This document shows, in pieces, positions 38,329-47,382 of a stretch of DNA of 53,166 bases. Every line of letters starts with the position of its first letter. Position 1 is the first letter of the stretch. The notes under the pieces are model-generated. The model was not told the DNA's origin and made no database searches. It saw nothing but the letters and a program-made list of their open reading frames with translations. The stretch lies in contig JAFCGN010000007.1 of NCBI GenBank assembly GCA_017608045.1, forward strand, positions 1 to 53,166, read 5' to 3'. The translations under genes and the position numbers were made by a program. Origin of the DNA: Candidatus Parvarchaeota archaeon (GTDB lineage Archaea; Nanobdellota; Nanobdellia; JAFCGN01).

Positions 38329-38473
38329 AACTATATTATATGAATATCTTATTTAATTAACTTATGATTTTTTAAAAATTCATAAGAATTTCAAGAAACT
38401 ATTTTAACTAAAAATTGTAATTACTTTTTAGAGATAAAAAAATTTATAAGATAAAATTTGTGCTTTTAATTTT

Positions 38474-38977
38474 ATGAAAACAAAACTTTTGCAATCTAAA
38501 AACAAAACTGATATCATTATTTCAGATTTTGTTAAAGATGTTCTTGGCAGTAATTGTCTTGAAATCTTATTAAATGATAATCCTTTGCTTAAAGAAAAAG
38601 TAGATATTTCATGTAGGAAAAATATGCGTGATTTTAATTGTTATGGGTTTGTGCTTTTTTATCTTGGATTATCTGAAAAGCTTTTTTATATGGATGAAAC
38701 AAATTTTATGGAAGAAATAAAAATTTTAGAAAAAACAAATGATTTTGAACAAGGAAACATTTTTTTAATAAGCACTAAATACATGGGGTTTTTTAATCCT
38801 ATTCATGCAGGCGTGTGCGTGGATGAAAAAAATAGAATTGTTTTTTCCAAAAGAGGATTAAATAATTTTTTTGTTGAATCCTTAAAAAGAGAAGAGCTTC
38901 ATTACCTATATCTTATGAATTCTGTTTATAGATTGGATAATGATTCAAAAATTGAATTTTATAAATTAAAAAAATGA
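38474..38977 (+). CDS. Hypothetical protein with possible papain/NlpC-like Cys-His dyad
   Basis: FNCYGFV ... PIHAGV ... FSKRG. Confidence 0.6.
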   Translation: MKTKLLQSKNKTDIIISDFVKDVLGSNCLEILLNDNPLLKEKVDISCRKNMRDFNCYGFVLFYLGLSEKLFYMDETNFMEEIKILEKTNDFEQGNIFLISTKYMGFFNPIHAGVCVDEKNRIVFSKRGLNNFFVESLKREELHYLYLMNSVYRLDNDSKIEFYKLKK

Positions 38978-38982
38978 TTAAA

Positions 38983-39054
38983 TGGGGTTGCTGGGACTCG
39001 AACCCAGGACATCACGGTCTTCAGCCGTGCACTCTCCCACTGAGTTACAACCCC
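38983..39054 (-). tRNA. tRNA-Phe(GAA)
   Basis: Minus strand: GGGGTTG TAACTCAGTGGGAGAGT G CACGG CTGAAGA CCGTG ATGTC CTGGG TTCGAGT CCCAG CAACCCC A. Confidence 0.96.
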
Positions 39055-39127
39055 TTTGATAAAATTCAAGGAATAATCACTTTTAAAATTTATGCATAAT
39101 TTGTTGATTTAACATTTTTCCAAAAAA

Positions 39128-39583
39128 TTATTCAAAAGCAAGCAATTTTGATTGTTTTTTTTCTGGGTAAATTATTCTAAAAGAGTGTTTACGAATTAAT
39201 GAATTAATTCTGTCTATGTACGCGTCTATTAATTTTTCATCAACGCCTTTTTCAAATAAGATTTTTTTTGCTGCTTTTTCTCCTTCTGCATAATTATTAT
39301 ATGAATAATAACTCCAATTAAAGTCTTTTAAGAGCTCACCTATTTTTTTGTTATAAGGGAGTATTCCTTTTTTCATTAAAAAGCATAAACCTTCAGAACC
39401 AATATACCCTTTTCTAATGCTTTCCTCGTCTTCAATGCATATGCCGTTTTGCTCTCTATTAAAAAAAACATTTACTCCATTTATTATGGCACTATCAGAT
39501 GTAAGTGTTTTTACATGATTTCTGCTTTGAAGTGATAGTGCTTCAAGAATTTTAATTCTTGGTGGTTGATTCCATACTCTCAT
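39128..39583 (-). CDS. Conserved hypothetical protein
   Basis: W..PP.IK..EAL and GYIG....FLM.KG.L.Y pattern, which I recall from DPANN/CPR hypotheticals; function unknown. Confidence 0.7.
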   Translation of the reverse strand: MRVWNQPPRIKILEALSLQSRNHVKTLTSDSAIINGVNVFFNREQNGICIEDEESIRKGYIGSEGLCFLMKKGILPYNKKIGELLKDFNWSYYSYNNYAEGEKAAKKILFEKGVDEKLIDAYIDRINSLIRKHSFRIIYPEKKQSKLLAFE

Positions 39584-39668
39584 TGCTTTTGTTGATTATA
39601 TCTTGGATTTAAATATGCATTATTGCTTCCTGTAATAGAAAAGGATATTAAAAACAATTGTGTATGTA

Positions 39669-41603
39669 TTATGCTTTTCTCAAGGTTTTTTTTGATTTAA
39701 GCATTTTTTTGAACTCTAATAAGGCTTTTGAATAATTAAATTTATTATTTTCAAGACATTTATCAAATTCTTTTTTTAAAGAAATAATTTCTTTTAATTC
39801 ATCTTTATCTTTCAAAGCATTATTGATTATTTTCTTTTTTTTACTTAATATTTTTATTATATTCCTTATTTCTGAAATGCTTTTTCCTTGAAGAAGAGAT
39901 TGCCTGTTTATTATATTTGAATTCTTTAATTCTTGTGTAAAAACAAGCTCATCTTTAATTGGGTCGTATTTCATTAATTCTATTAATCCTTTTTCTTTAA
40001 AAGGATCATTTTGCCATTCTTTTCTTATTTCTGTTATACTAATTACTCTTCTTATTTTTTTTCCATTCCTATTAAGGTTTGCGCAGGAAATAACAATATC
40101 TGCTGCTTTAAAGCTTGTGCTTGGCACGCCTAAATCATTTACAATTCTATCCCATGTGTCATAAGCAGTATTTCCATGGATTGTTCCTAAAACAACATTG
40201 CCAGTGGCTCCTACACGCATTGCCTCAAAAAGTGTTTTTGCTTCTTTACCTCTTACTTCTCCTATTACTAATACACTCTCTCCTAATCTTAAAGCAGTTC
40301 TTAGTGCTTGTTCTGGACTGAATTCATAGCCTTTTTCAGGATTTGTTTTTATGTGCTGTATTCTAAACCCATTTTCTCTTAATTTATCTACTAAAATTTC
40401 ATTTGTATCTTCTATTATTATGAATCTATTATTATTCTTAATTTCTGTTAACAAAGCACCGAGCAAGCTTGTTTTTCCACTTCCTCTTGGCCCTGTTATT
40501 AAAATTGATGAATTAGAATTGAGTAAGAATTCTAATAAGCCTGCGGCATCATAATTAATCATGCGATTGTCTATAAATTTTATTAGGTTCCAGGGGTTTG
40601 TTCTATGTTTTCTAAATGCAAAACCAATCCCATTAAATGTTAAAGGGTCTTTAATACCGCAAACCCTTAAATCATATTCTTCTATTGTTGTGTCAATAAC
40701 AGGATGTGCTTCATCAAAAGGTCTTCCGCTCAAACTTCTTAATTTTGTTGAAATTTTTTCTAAATCTTTCTTGCTTAAAATTATGTTTGTTGTTATAATC
40801 CCATACTTTGCGTGATTAACATAAATTTCTTTATTAGAAGGAGAATCAATAAAAATATCTTCAAGATTTGGGTCTTTAAATAAATGTTCTATAACACCAT
40901 ACCCTATGCTATACATGAGCAAAATATTGATTAATTTTTCATCAATATTTTTGAATTCTTTTTTAATCATATTTTTTATTTTAGACATTGTTCTCTTTCT
41001 TTCATTCTTGTATTCCATGTCAAATTCTTTTTTACTTATTATGTCAAAAGCTTTAACTAATGTTTTTACTTCATCAACATGCAAGGAATATTCTTCAGGA
41101 TAAATTGTGTAAAAATAGCCATCACTGTTTTTAAGAATCTCAATTTTCACATTGTCTATGTAATAAGATTCAATTCTTTCGCCTTTAAATGTTTTAAGTT
41201 TAGAATGAACAAAATCTGGCAGGACTTTTGGAACAAAGAGTGTATTATATATATCTACTTCTTTTACTTTTTTTTCTTTTCTTTTTATTTTTTCTATTTC
41301 TTTGAAAAGCGCAGTTTTTTTAACAATTTCATCATCTTGTCTTATAATGCAATAACGCACAGGATTTTCAAAAGCATTTTTATTGTCAATTTTGCTTACA
41401 AAATCATTAAGCAGGTCTACATTTTTTTCAAAAATTAAATTGAATTCTGTTTCAATTATTATTTCATTAACTTTTTCTTCAGAAAGTCTTTCACATACTT
41501 CTGTTAATATCATTGGATTGTTTAAGTTTTTGTTTAGAATACTTTTAGCATTAATAACTAATCGTTTGCTTCCCACGTCGTTTTCAAAGAAGCTTTTTAT
41601 CAT
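39669..41603 (-). CDS. Second type II/IV secretion ATPase (VirB11-like)
   Basis: GPRGSGKT, IIEDT.E, ALRLGESVLVIGEVRG.EA, GTIHG, SGRPFDE..P. Confidence 0.92.
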   Translation of the reverse strand: MIKSFFENDVGSKRLVINAKSILNKNLNNPMILTEVCERLSEEKVNEIIIETEFNLIFEKNVDLLNDFVSKIDNKNAFENPVRYCIIRQDDEIVKKTALFKEIEKIKRKEKKVKEVDIYNTLFVPKVLPDFVHSKLKTFKGERIESYYIDNVKIEILKNSDGYFYTIYPEEYSLHVDEVKTLVKAFDIISKKEFDMEYKNERKRTMSKIKNMIKKEFKNIDEKLINILLMYSIGYGVIEHLFKDPNLEDIFIDSPSNKEIYVNHAKYGIITTNIILSKKDLEKISTKLRSLSGRPFDEAHPVIDTTIEEYDLRVCGIKDPLTFNGIGFAFRKHRTNPWNLIKFIDNRMINYDAAGLLEFLLNSNSSILITGPRGSGKTSLLGALLTEIKNNNRFIIIEDTNEILVDKLRENGFRIQHIKTNPEKGYEFSPEQALRTALRLGESVLVIGEVRGKEAKTLFEAMRVGATGNVVLGTIHGNTAYDTWDRIVNDLGVPSTSFKAADIVISCANLNRNGKKIRRVISITEIRKEWQNDPFKEKGLIELMKYDPIKDELVFTQELKNSNIINRQSLLQGKSISEIRNIIKILSKKKKIINNALKDKDELKEIISLKKEFDKCLENNKFNYSKALLEFKKMLKSKKTLRKA

Positions 41604-41645
41604 TTGATAAACCTTATAACATTTGCATATTTAATAATTAACTAT

Positions 41646-42335
41646 ATGCTTAACAAAAAATCTTACATTATAACTCCTTTGTTAATCTTAGCTTTTGTTA
41701 TCATAACTGTGAGTTTCTCTTTTTTTATTAATAAAGATGTTAATAATAATAAAATTTCTCTTGAACTTTTAATTAATAGATTGAGGTTTGAAAACGAGAT
41801 TGAACAGCAAGTTTTTCTTGGAAATCTAACAGGAATAATATTGAATTTATCTCAAAGTTCCTTTAATACCTCTAATTTAAAACAAAGAACTACTGAAGTT
41901 CTGCTCTTGAAGTATGGGAATGACTTCGGAATTAGTTTGGATGAAATAAACGGAACTATTTTATTAAAAGCAAATTTTACTCAAAAAAATAATAAATGGA
42001 AAAGTGTGAATATTCCTGAACAAACTCGTTATATCTCAAAATCCTTGTTTTTTCCATTTTCAAGCCTTGTAAATGCATCTAATAGTTTTGATTTAAATTT
42101 TTTTAAAAATTGCCTAAAACCGTGTAATATCAGCAATTATGAAGATAAAATAAATTATTGTTTAACGGAACTTGAAACGGAAAAAATACTTTACAAGTAT
42201 TCTTTTTCAGACAAACCTTTTGATTCAGGTATTATTAATTTAAGTATTGCTGTTTATTTTAAGGATGATAATTTAACAAGGTTGTTCCCTCATCAAATTC
42301 AAGAGGACAAATGGACTCTTATTAATTGCAGTTAA
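41646..42335 (+). CDS. N-terminally anchored pilin-like protein
   Basis: MLNKKSYIITPLLILAFVII: basic tip + hydrophobic helix; divergent from the second ATPase. Confidence 0.6.
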   Translation: MLNKKSYIITPLLILAFVIITVSFSFFINKDVNNNKISLELLINRLRFENEIEQQVFLGNLTGIILNLSQSSFNTSNLKQRTTEVLLLKYGNDFGISLDEINGTILLKANFTQKNNKWKSVNIPEQTRYISKSLFFPFSSLVNASNSFDLNFFKNCLKPCNISNYEDKINYCLTELETEKILYKYSFSDKPFDSGIINLSIAVYFKDDNLTRLFPHQIQEDKWTLINCS

Positions 42336-42396
42336 TCTTCTGATTCTGTGAAACAAGGAAAAATCCTTATATATTTGAAATTTATCTTATTCTTAT

Positions 42397-42975
42397 ATGT
42401 TAAAGAGATTTTTAGGAATTAGAAATTTAGAAAAAAAAATTTTGGAATTAAACAAAGCATTGTCAAACAATTGGTCGCATACAACAAACCTTTATAACTT
42501 AAATGCTGTTTCTTTTGAAAAAATAAAAGAAATTGAGAAAAAATTAGATGAGAGAACTAAACACATAATGTATGTTCTTGATAAAGTTGTGAAGCAAATA
42601 GATGAATCAAACAAAAAGCTTTTATCAAAAGATGTTGAAAAAACTGTAAATAATTCGTACAAGGAAGTTAGACAACCTGTTTCTCAACGTACTTCTCAAG
42701 CTGTTTTTCAATTATCTAAGAACGATGATTTAATTTTAAAAATTCTTCATGAAAATGCTGCTTTGAGTGAGGATTTTGCTATTCCAACAAAAACAATTTA
42801 TGGAAATTTACCTTTTTCAATAACAGAAAGAGGTTTAAGGAAAAAACTTTCAAGTTTGCAAAACATGGGTCTTGTTGATTCAATCAAAAAAGGGAATGAA
42901 AGAAATTGGTTTATTAGAACAGGCAGCATAATGAAAGTGAAAGAAATAATAAAAAAAAGAAATAAAATTCTTTAA
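42397..42975 (+). CDS. Coiled-coil protein with C-terminal winged-helix domain
   Basis: N-terminal heptads, low-complexity linker, LSKND..ILKIL...ITERGLRKKLSSL..MGLV...K.G....W. Confidence 0.75.
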   Translation: MLKRFLGIRNLEKKILELNKALSNNWSHTTNLYNLNAVSFEKIKEIEKKLDERTKHIMYVLDKVVKQIDESNKKLLSKDVEKTVNNSYKEVRQPVSQRTSQAVFQLSKNDDLILKILHENAALSEDFAIPTKTIYGNLPFSITERGLRKKLSSLQNMGLVDSIKKGNERNWFIRTGSIMKVKEIIKKRNKIL

Positions 42976-43430
42976 TTTTTTTTAACATTCTTTAAACTTG
43001 ATTTATTGTAGAGTTTTTCAATTTTTTTGGAACTAAATCCAGCATTTACAAGAATATTAATTATTTCTTTTTTTCTTAATCCTTCTTTTTTTAAACTATT
43101 TATGATTGAAATAAGAACTATTTCTTCCTTTTTTGTTCCAAAAATAACTTCTTTCTTTTTTGCTTTAATTCCAAATATTGTTGTTATTCCTCTAACAATG
43201 ATTACTAAAAGAAAACTTATGAGAAAATAAAGGAAACTGAAAAAAAATGATGAAATTCCTTTATAAATTATAATATGGTCTAAAATGATTACATATGATG
43301 TAAAAAACAAGAGCCAATCAATTATGTACTGAAATCTTGATTCCATAATCCCAAAAATAGAATTTGAAAAATATTCACCAATGTAAATTCCAATAATAAG
43401 AGAAATAAAAGCTATTAATTGAAATAACAT
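42972..43430 (-). CDS. Hypothetical membrane protein (3 TM + small helical tail)
   Basis: Hydrophobic N-terminus; K.G....EI..IL..AGF tail. Confidence 0.7.
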   Translation of the reverse strand: MLFQLIAFISLIIGIYIGEYFSNSIFGIMESRFQYIIDWLLFFTSYVIILDHIIIYKGISSFFFSFLYFLISFLLVIIVRGITTIFGIKAKKKEVIFGTKKEEIVLISIINSLKKEGLRKKEIINILVNAGFSSKKIEKLYNKSSLKNVKKN

Positions 43431-43445
43431 ATTTATTAAACAACT

Positions 43446-44183
43446 TTACACTTTTATGTAATTTTTGTTTAAGGATTCAAGCAATTCTTTTATCTTCCTA
43501 TATTGTTCTCCTTTCAACCCTTTTTTGTAAATAATTGCGCCTGTTGGTTTTGGAACTGTTTTTTGAAACATTTGCTCAATCATTTTAGAAGTTAAATTAT
43601 CAGCATTATATTTTGGACAAATATGTCCTATAAGTAAGTCATCATTTAAAACTAATTTCGTAAATTTTTCTGCATGATGCATTCCGCCAAACCCAACGTA
43701 GCATTCTTGTTTGAATTTTTTTTGCTTTAAAACATGCTTAATGCTTTTTGCTACTAATTCACACGCCTTTAAATCCTCCCATTCTTCTTTAGTTGAACCA
43801 ACTTCTGCATAAACTAACGGAACTTTAAAATGAGTTGGTCCATGATGCGTTACCTCCATTTTAATATCATAAGGTAGTTCTTTTATATTTTCTGAAAGGA
43901 AAATTAAACCATTTTTTATCATGTTTGCATCAATTATCCCAAGTTCAAAAGCATTTCCTCCAACGGAACAATCGGAACTAAAGTTCCCTGTTCCATGGAA
44001 CGTTAGGAACTTTTTCTTAGATTTTGAACTATGTCTGCTTGCACAGATGTACGCATTTGATTTTGGCAATGATTTAACAAAAACACTTTCTATTTCAATT
44101 TTATGCGTTGGTGTTTTCATTTTGTTAAGGAAATAACTTATATTTTTTCCAGCAATATCTTTGGTTGAATAATATATTAACAT
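43446..44183 (-). CDS. dtdA: D-aminoacyl-tRNA deacylase (archaeal DtdA/DTD2)
   Basis: S..D.AG.NI, ASRHSS, T.H..GN, EVTHHGPT, EVGST.EEW, GFGG.H.A, GHICPKY; start at ATG 44183. Confidence 0.92.
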   Translation of the reverse strand: MLIYYSTKDIAGKNISYFLNKMKTPTHKIEIESVFVKSLPKSNAYICASRHSSKSKKKFLTFHGTGNFSSDCSVGGNAFELGIIDANMIKNGLIFLSENIKELPYDIKMEVTHHGPTHFKVPLVYAEVGSTKEEWEDLKACELVAKSIKHVLKQKKFKQECYVGFGGMHHAEKFTKLVLNDDLLIGHICPKYNADNLTSKMIEQMFQKTVPKPTGAIIYKKGLKGEQYRKIKELLESLNKNYIKV

Positions 44184-44224
44184 AATAAATTTTATAATTG
44201 GATGTAATATAAAAACTTGTGTGT

Positions 44225-44297
44225 AGCCTCGTGGTGTAGTGGTCAAGCATAAGAGGTTCTGGCCCTCTTGACCCAGGTTCGAATCCTGGCGAGGCTA
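44225..44297 (+). tRNA. tRNA-Gln(CTG)
   Basis: AGCCTCG TG GTGT AGTGGTCAA GCAT A AGAGG TTCTGGC CCTCT TGAC CCAGG TTCGAAT CCTGG CGAGGCT A; A1-U72 pair typical of archaeal tRNA-Gln. Confidence 0.96.
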
Positions 44298-44354
44298 ATC
44301 TTTAATAAATAAGTTTAAATAAATAAATTAATAAAAATTAAATGAGGTGTTGTT

Positions 44355-44816
44355 ATGCCAATCATTGGAACAAACTTTTTAAAAATGCAATATGAGAGGA
44401 AACCTGTAGATTTAACTAAGGTTAAATTAGGAAAGATAGAAAGGAATTTTAGGATTGTTGATGTAACAGAGAGAAAAATAAATCTTAAAACATCTGAAAA
44501 AGCAATTGTATTTAAGTTTAATTTCAAAGTAAATTATTTTTTAGCAGAACCAAAAGATGGAGAATTAGGCACAATTGATCTGCTGAGTGAAATAATCTTT
44601 CTTCCATCAGATGATAAAGAAAGAAAAGACATAATAAAATCATGGGATAAAAAGAAAGACATACCTACAAATATTTTAAAAATGATTTTAGCAGCAGGAA
44701 TGGATATGACACAAACAGAAGCAATGTACAATGCTCGAAAAATCATGTTGCCACCACCAATTCCTTTACCACAAATAAAAATTGAGGGAATAGGTTCAGA
44801 GAAAAACAAAAAATAA
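44355..44816 (+). CDS. Conserved archaeal hypothetical protein (possibly SecB-like fold)
   Basis: GAGGTG RBS; MPIIG.NF.K...ER, F.F.F.V.Y, W......P, LPPPIPLP tail. Confidence 0.75.
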   Translation: MPIIGTNFLKMQYERKPVDLTKVKLGKIERNFRIVDVTERKINLKTSEKAIVFKFNFKVNYFLAEPKDGELGTIDLLSEIIFLPSDDKERKDIIKSWDKKKDIPTNILKMILAAGMDMTQTEAMYNARKIMLPPPIPLPQIKIEGIGSEKNKK

Positions 44817-44824
44817 GAAAATTG

Positions 44825-45709
44825 TTAAAATTCTTTTTCTTTTTCCCATAATAACTTTCTTTTAGCTTCTAATAGAACATTCGGTCTTCCAACAAATTCT
44901 GCTGCAGTCAACACTTTTTTTCCAAGACTATCAGCAATTTTGTAAATGTTGCTTAATTTATCTTTAAAATCTAAACTTCTAACAGAACTATGATCTAAAA
45001 TTATTGTTTTGACTTTACTCTCTTTTAAAATTCGTATAACATTTTGTTCTGCTTTTTCAAATTTTATAGTAGAATAATTAACGCTTTTTTCTTCAACTAT
45101 TGGGCCGTCAAGAATAAGAAAATCAGGGTCAAACTTAATTATGTATTCTGTATTTGTTTCATCAAGCGGACCTCTTGTGTCAGGACAATGAAGGAACTTT
45201 TTATTGTTCCATTTAATTCCTGTAAAAAGAACATAACCTTCAAGGGAACCCGAAGTTCCGTGCCACATTGGAGGTGAAAAACGGAACTTTATTCCGTTCC
45301 GTTCCATTTCTTTACCATCGCAGAATATTAGTTCTTTTGCTAATTGACGAACATCTAATTCAAATTTTTTACCACGTTTTCTTTGGTCAAAATTACATTT
45401 TGAACGCCTATCTTTACATAAAATTATTTTATTTCTGTATATCTTTGAATAATCCTGTTCAAATGAAGGATAATAATGATCATAATGGTAATGAGAAACT
45501 ACAATAAAATCAATTTCTTTTGAAACACTCACTATTTTATTTTTTAAAACATCCAAAACTCTTAATTCTGTTCCTGATGGAGGGAGATTTTCTCTTCTTG
45601 GAGTTACCATTATTCCAGGGTCTATTAATATGTTTTTATCTCCAACACTCACTAATGTGCACATACTTCTAACTCCAAATGAGTCAAATGCTAATGGTAA
45701 AATCTTCAT
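44825..45709 (-). CDS. Metallo-beta-lactamase fold hydrolase (UPF0282-like)
   Basis: PLAFDS.GVRSM.T, IDPG, SHYHYDH, HG, D..GP, ILDGP, ILDH, TAAEF. Confidence 0.9.
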   Translation of the reverse strand: MKILPLAFDSFGVRSMCTLVSVGDKNILIDPGIMVTPRRENLPPSGTELRVLDVLKNKIVSVSKEIDFIVVSHYHYDHYYPSFEQDYSKIYRNKIILCKDRRSKCNFDQRKRGKKFELDVRQLAKELIFCDGKEMERNGIKFRFSPPMWHGTSGSLEGYVLFTGIKWNNKKFLHCPDTRGPLDETNTEYIIKFDPDFLILDGPIVEEKSVNYSTIKFEKAEQNVIRILKESKVKTIILDHSSVRSLDFKDKLSNIYKIADSLGKKVLTAAEFVGRPNVLLEAKRKLLWEKEKEF

Positions 45710-45772
45710 AAATAATGAATGTTGTTCATCCTATATAAGCTATTCTATTCATTTGAATTGCGTTTTAAGGCA

Positions 45773-46068
45773 ATTTACTCAATTCTCACTTTTTAGTTTC
45801 TTCTTTTTATTTTTTTGAAATTTCTCATTTTTTTCTTTATTTGTTTTTCTCACTTTTTTATTACATTTTTTTTAATTATAAACTCCCACATATTTCTCAT
45901 TCATTCATAGAATTTATTTAGAATCTACAACTCTCACTTTTTTTTAAAATTCAATTTTTTTCTATTATTTTAATCCAAGAATATATATTCTTTCACTAAT
46001 AATTATTATTTACTTTTAAATGGCTTTGTTTTGCTATTTTTAATCATTTTTAACAACTCTCACTTTTT
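45773..46068. repeat. Dispersed direct repeats (T/C)TCTCA(C/T)TTTTT in pyrimidine-rich spacer
   Basis: Copies near 45783, 45821, 45847, 45893, 45931 and 46056; ACAACTCTCACTTTTT occurs twice exactly. Confidence 0.75.
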
Positions 46069-46161
46069 CTTATTTGGAAAATTTTTGTTAAAATATATTC
46101 TTTAAAATATATTATGGATAACCATATTTGATTATTTACTATAGTAAAAAATTGGAAAGTT

Positions 46162-46268
46162 ATGTGTTGGAACAAGTGTTGGAACTGTTGGAACAAGTGT
46201 TGAATGTGTTGGAACAAGTGTTGGAACTGTTGGAACACAACTCTTTTAAGTGTTGGATGTGTTGGAAC
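46162..46268. repeat. Iteron-like array of TGTTGGAAC
   Basis: Perfect copies at 46165, 46177, 46186, 46207, 46219, 46228 and 46260; degenerate copies at 46198 and 46251; 42-bp higher-order period (46162/46204). Confidence 0.95.
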
Positions 46269-46286
46269 ACATAGAAAGTGCTTAAA

Positions 46287-46889
46287 ATGGCAATTTGGGA
46301 TGTTTTTAAGAGAAAAAAACAAAAAACAAAAACAGGGCAAAGAGCTAAGTCTCGCTCTAAAACCCAACACAAGAAAAAAAGAAACTTAACACAAAAAAGT
46401 AAAAAAATATTTGAAAAAAAGCCTTTTTCAGATTTGAAGTTTACTGAAAATGAAATTGAGAATTGGAAACAAATTGTTAAAGTTGTGCAAGATCATCCTT
46501 TAAGTCAGGCAAGAGTAATTAATGATCAACTGTTGGGACAATTGTCTAAAGTGTTGGAACAAATGAATTCTAAACTTGATACATTAGTAAAATTAGACTA
46601 CATAATTTCCCTTTTAGAACAATCAAAAAAAGACATGGAAGGTAGGGGTGTTGAAACAAAAAGCATTGATTTGGCAATAAAAGAATTAAAGGCACTTTCA
46701 CTTAAAGACCAGGAAGCATATGAGGTGTTAAAGAAAGAGGGGGCATTAACAACTGAAGAGTTTGCGCAAAAAATAGGCATATCAAGAAGTACCGCAAGTA
46801 CAAGATTGAATAAAATGTATCAGTTGGGGTTGCTTGATAAGAAAACAATTGATAAAAAAGTGTTATTTGAAGTAAAAAAACACGATTAA
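46287..46889 (+). CDS. Coiled-coil protein with C-terminal winged-helix DNA-binding domain
   Basis: Basic N-terminus, heptad region, LTTEEFAQKIGISRSTASTRLNKMYQLGLLDK; start ATG 46287 (or GTG 46278). Confidence 0.88.
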   Translation: MAIWDVFKRKKQKTKTGQRAKSRSKTQHKKKRNLTQKSKKIFEKKPFSDLKFTENEIENWKQIVKVVQDHPLSQARVINDQLLGQLSKVLEQMNSKLDTLVKLDYIISLLEQSKKDMEGRGVETKSIDLAIKELKALSLKDQEAYEVLKKEGALTTEEFAQKIGISRSTASTRLNKMYQLGLLDKKTIDKKVLFEVKKHD

Positions 46890-47329
46890 AACATTTAATT
46901 TTTAATTAAAACTTTTATTACTAAATTTATGCGATTTAAAGAGCCTTTTTTGATTAAAAATTTGCTAAAAATGTGTTCTAAAAAAGTATATATTCTTAGG
47001 TGAAAACAGGACAAGTTAGAAGCAAAACTAAACTACTCAACGTTATAAAATTAACTCAGGTTTTATTTGTTTGTATCCAATAATAGGGATTATGTTGCGC
47101 AAAAGCCCAAATACACTCAACGTTGTGAAACAGGTTTTCTTTGTTTTTTTGGTTAAAAATCTCATTTATTTACTACGTTGTGATTTTGTTTCTTTTTGTT
47201 TGTAATCATGATGTGGTTGGAAAAAAGTGTTCGTAATCCTGTTTTTTACGCGTTAAAATCGCGTTCTGCGGAATATATATTCTGAGCTGAAAATACGCTT
47301 ATTTAGAAGCATTATTTTTTGGCATTTTT

Positions 47330-47382
47330 GATTAAAACTTTTAATCGAAAACAACAATAAAAAAGATTAAAACTTTTAATCG
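47330..47382. promoter_or_regulatory. Paired perfect palindromes GATTAAAA-C-TTTTAATC (candidate protein-binding sites)
   Basis: Identical 18-mers GATTAAAACTTTTAATCG at 47330 and 47365; degenerate copies at 46884 and 46904. Confidence 0.65.

Noticed and set aside
44184-44246. N-terminal extension of dtdA in the ORF track
   Set aside because: It overlaps tRNA-Gln and its promoter; family similarity starts at ATG 44183.
44270-44297. attL/attR duplication of a tRNA 3' end (Gln, Phe or Thr)
   Set aside because: No second copy of any tRNA 3' end was found by eye within the window.
46162-46268. CRISPR array
   Set aside because: Units are 9 bp with 0-3 bp gaps; there are no unique spacers and no cas genes.
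46162-46268. Canonical Orc1/Cdc6 ORB elements
   Set aside because: The reverse complement GTTCCAACA shares only GTTCCA with ORBs. It lacks the inverted TGGAA half and the G-string, and no orc1/cdc6 is in the window.
46050-46389. ORFs 46050..46370, 46160..46372 and 46204..46389 (CWNK and SNT repeats)
   Set aside because: By-products of the stop-free DNA repeat; they overlap the real wHTH gene.
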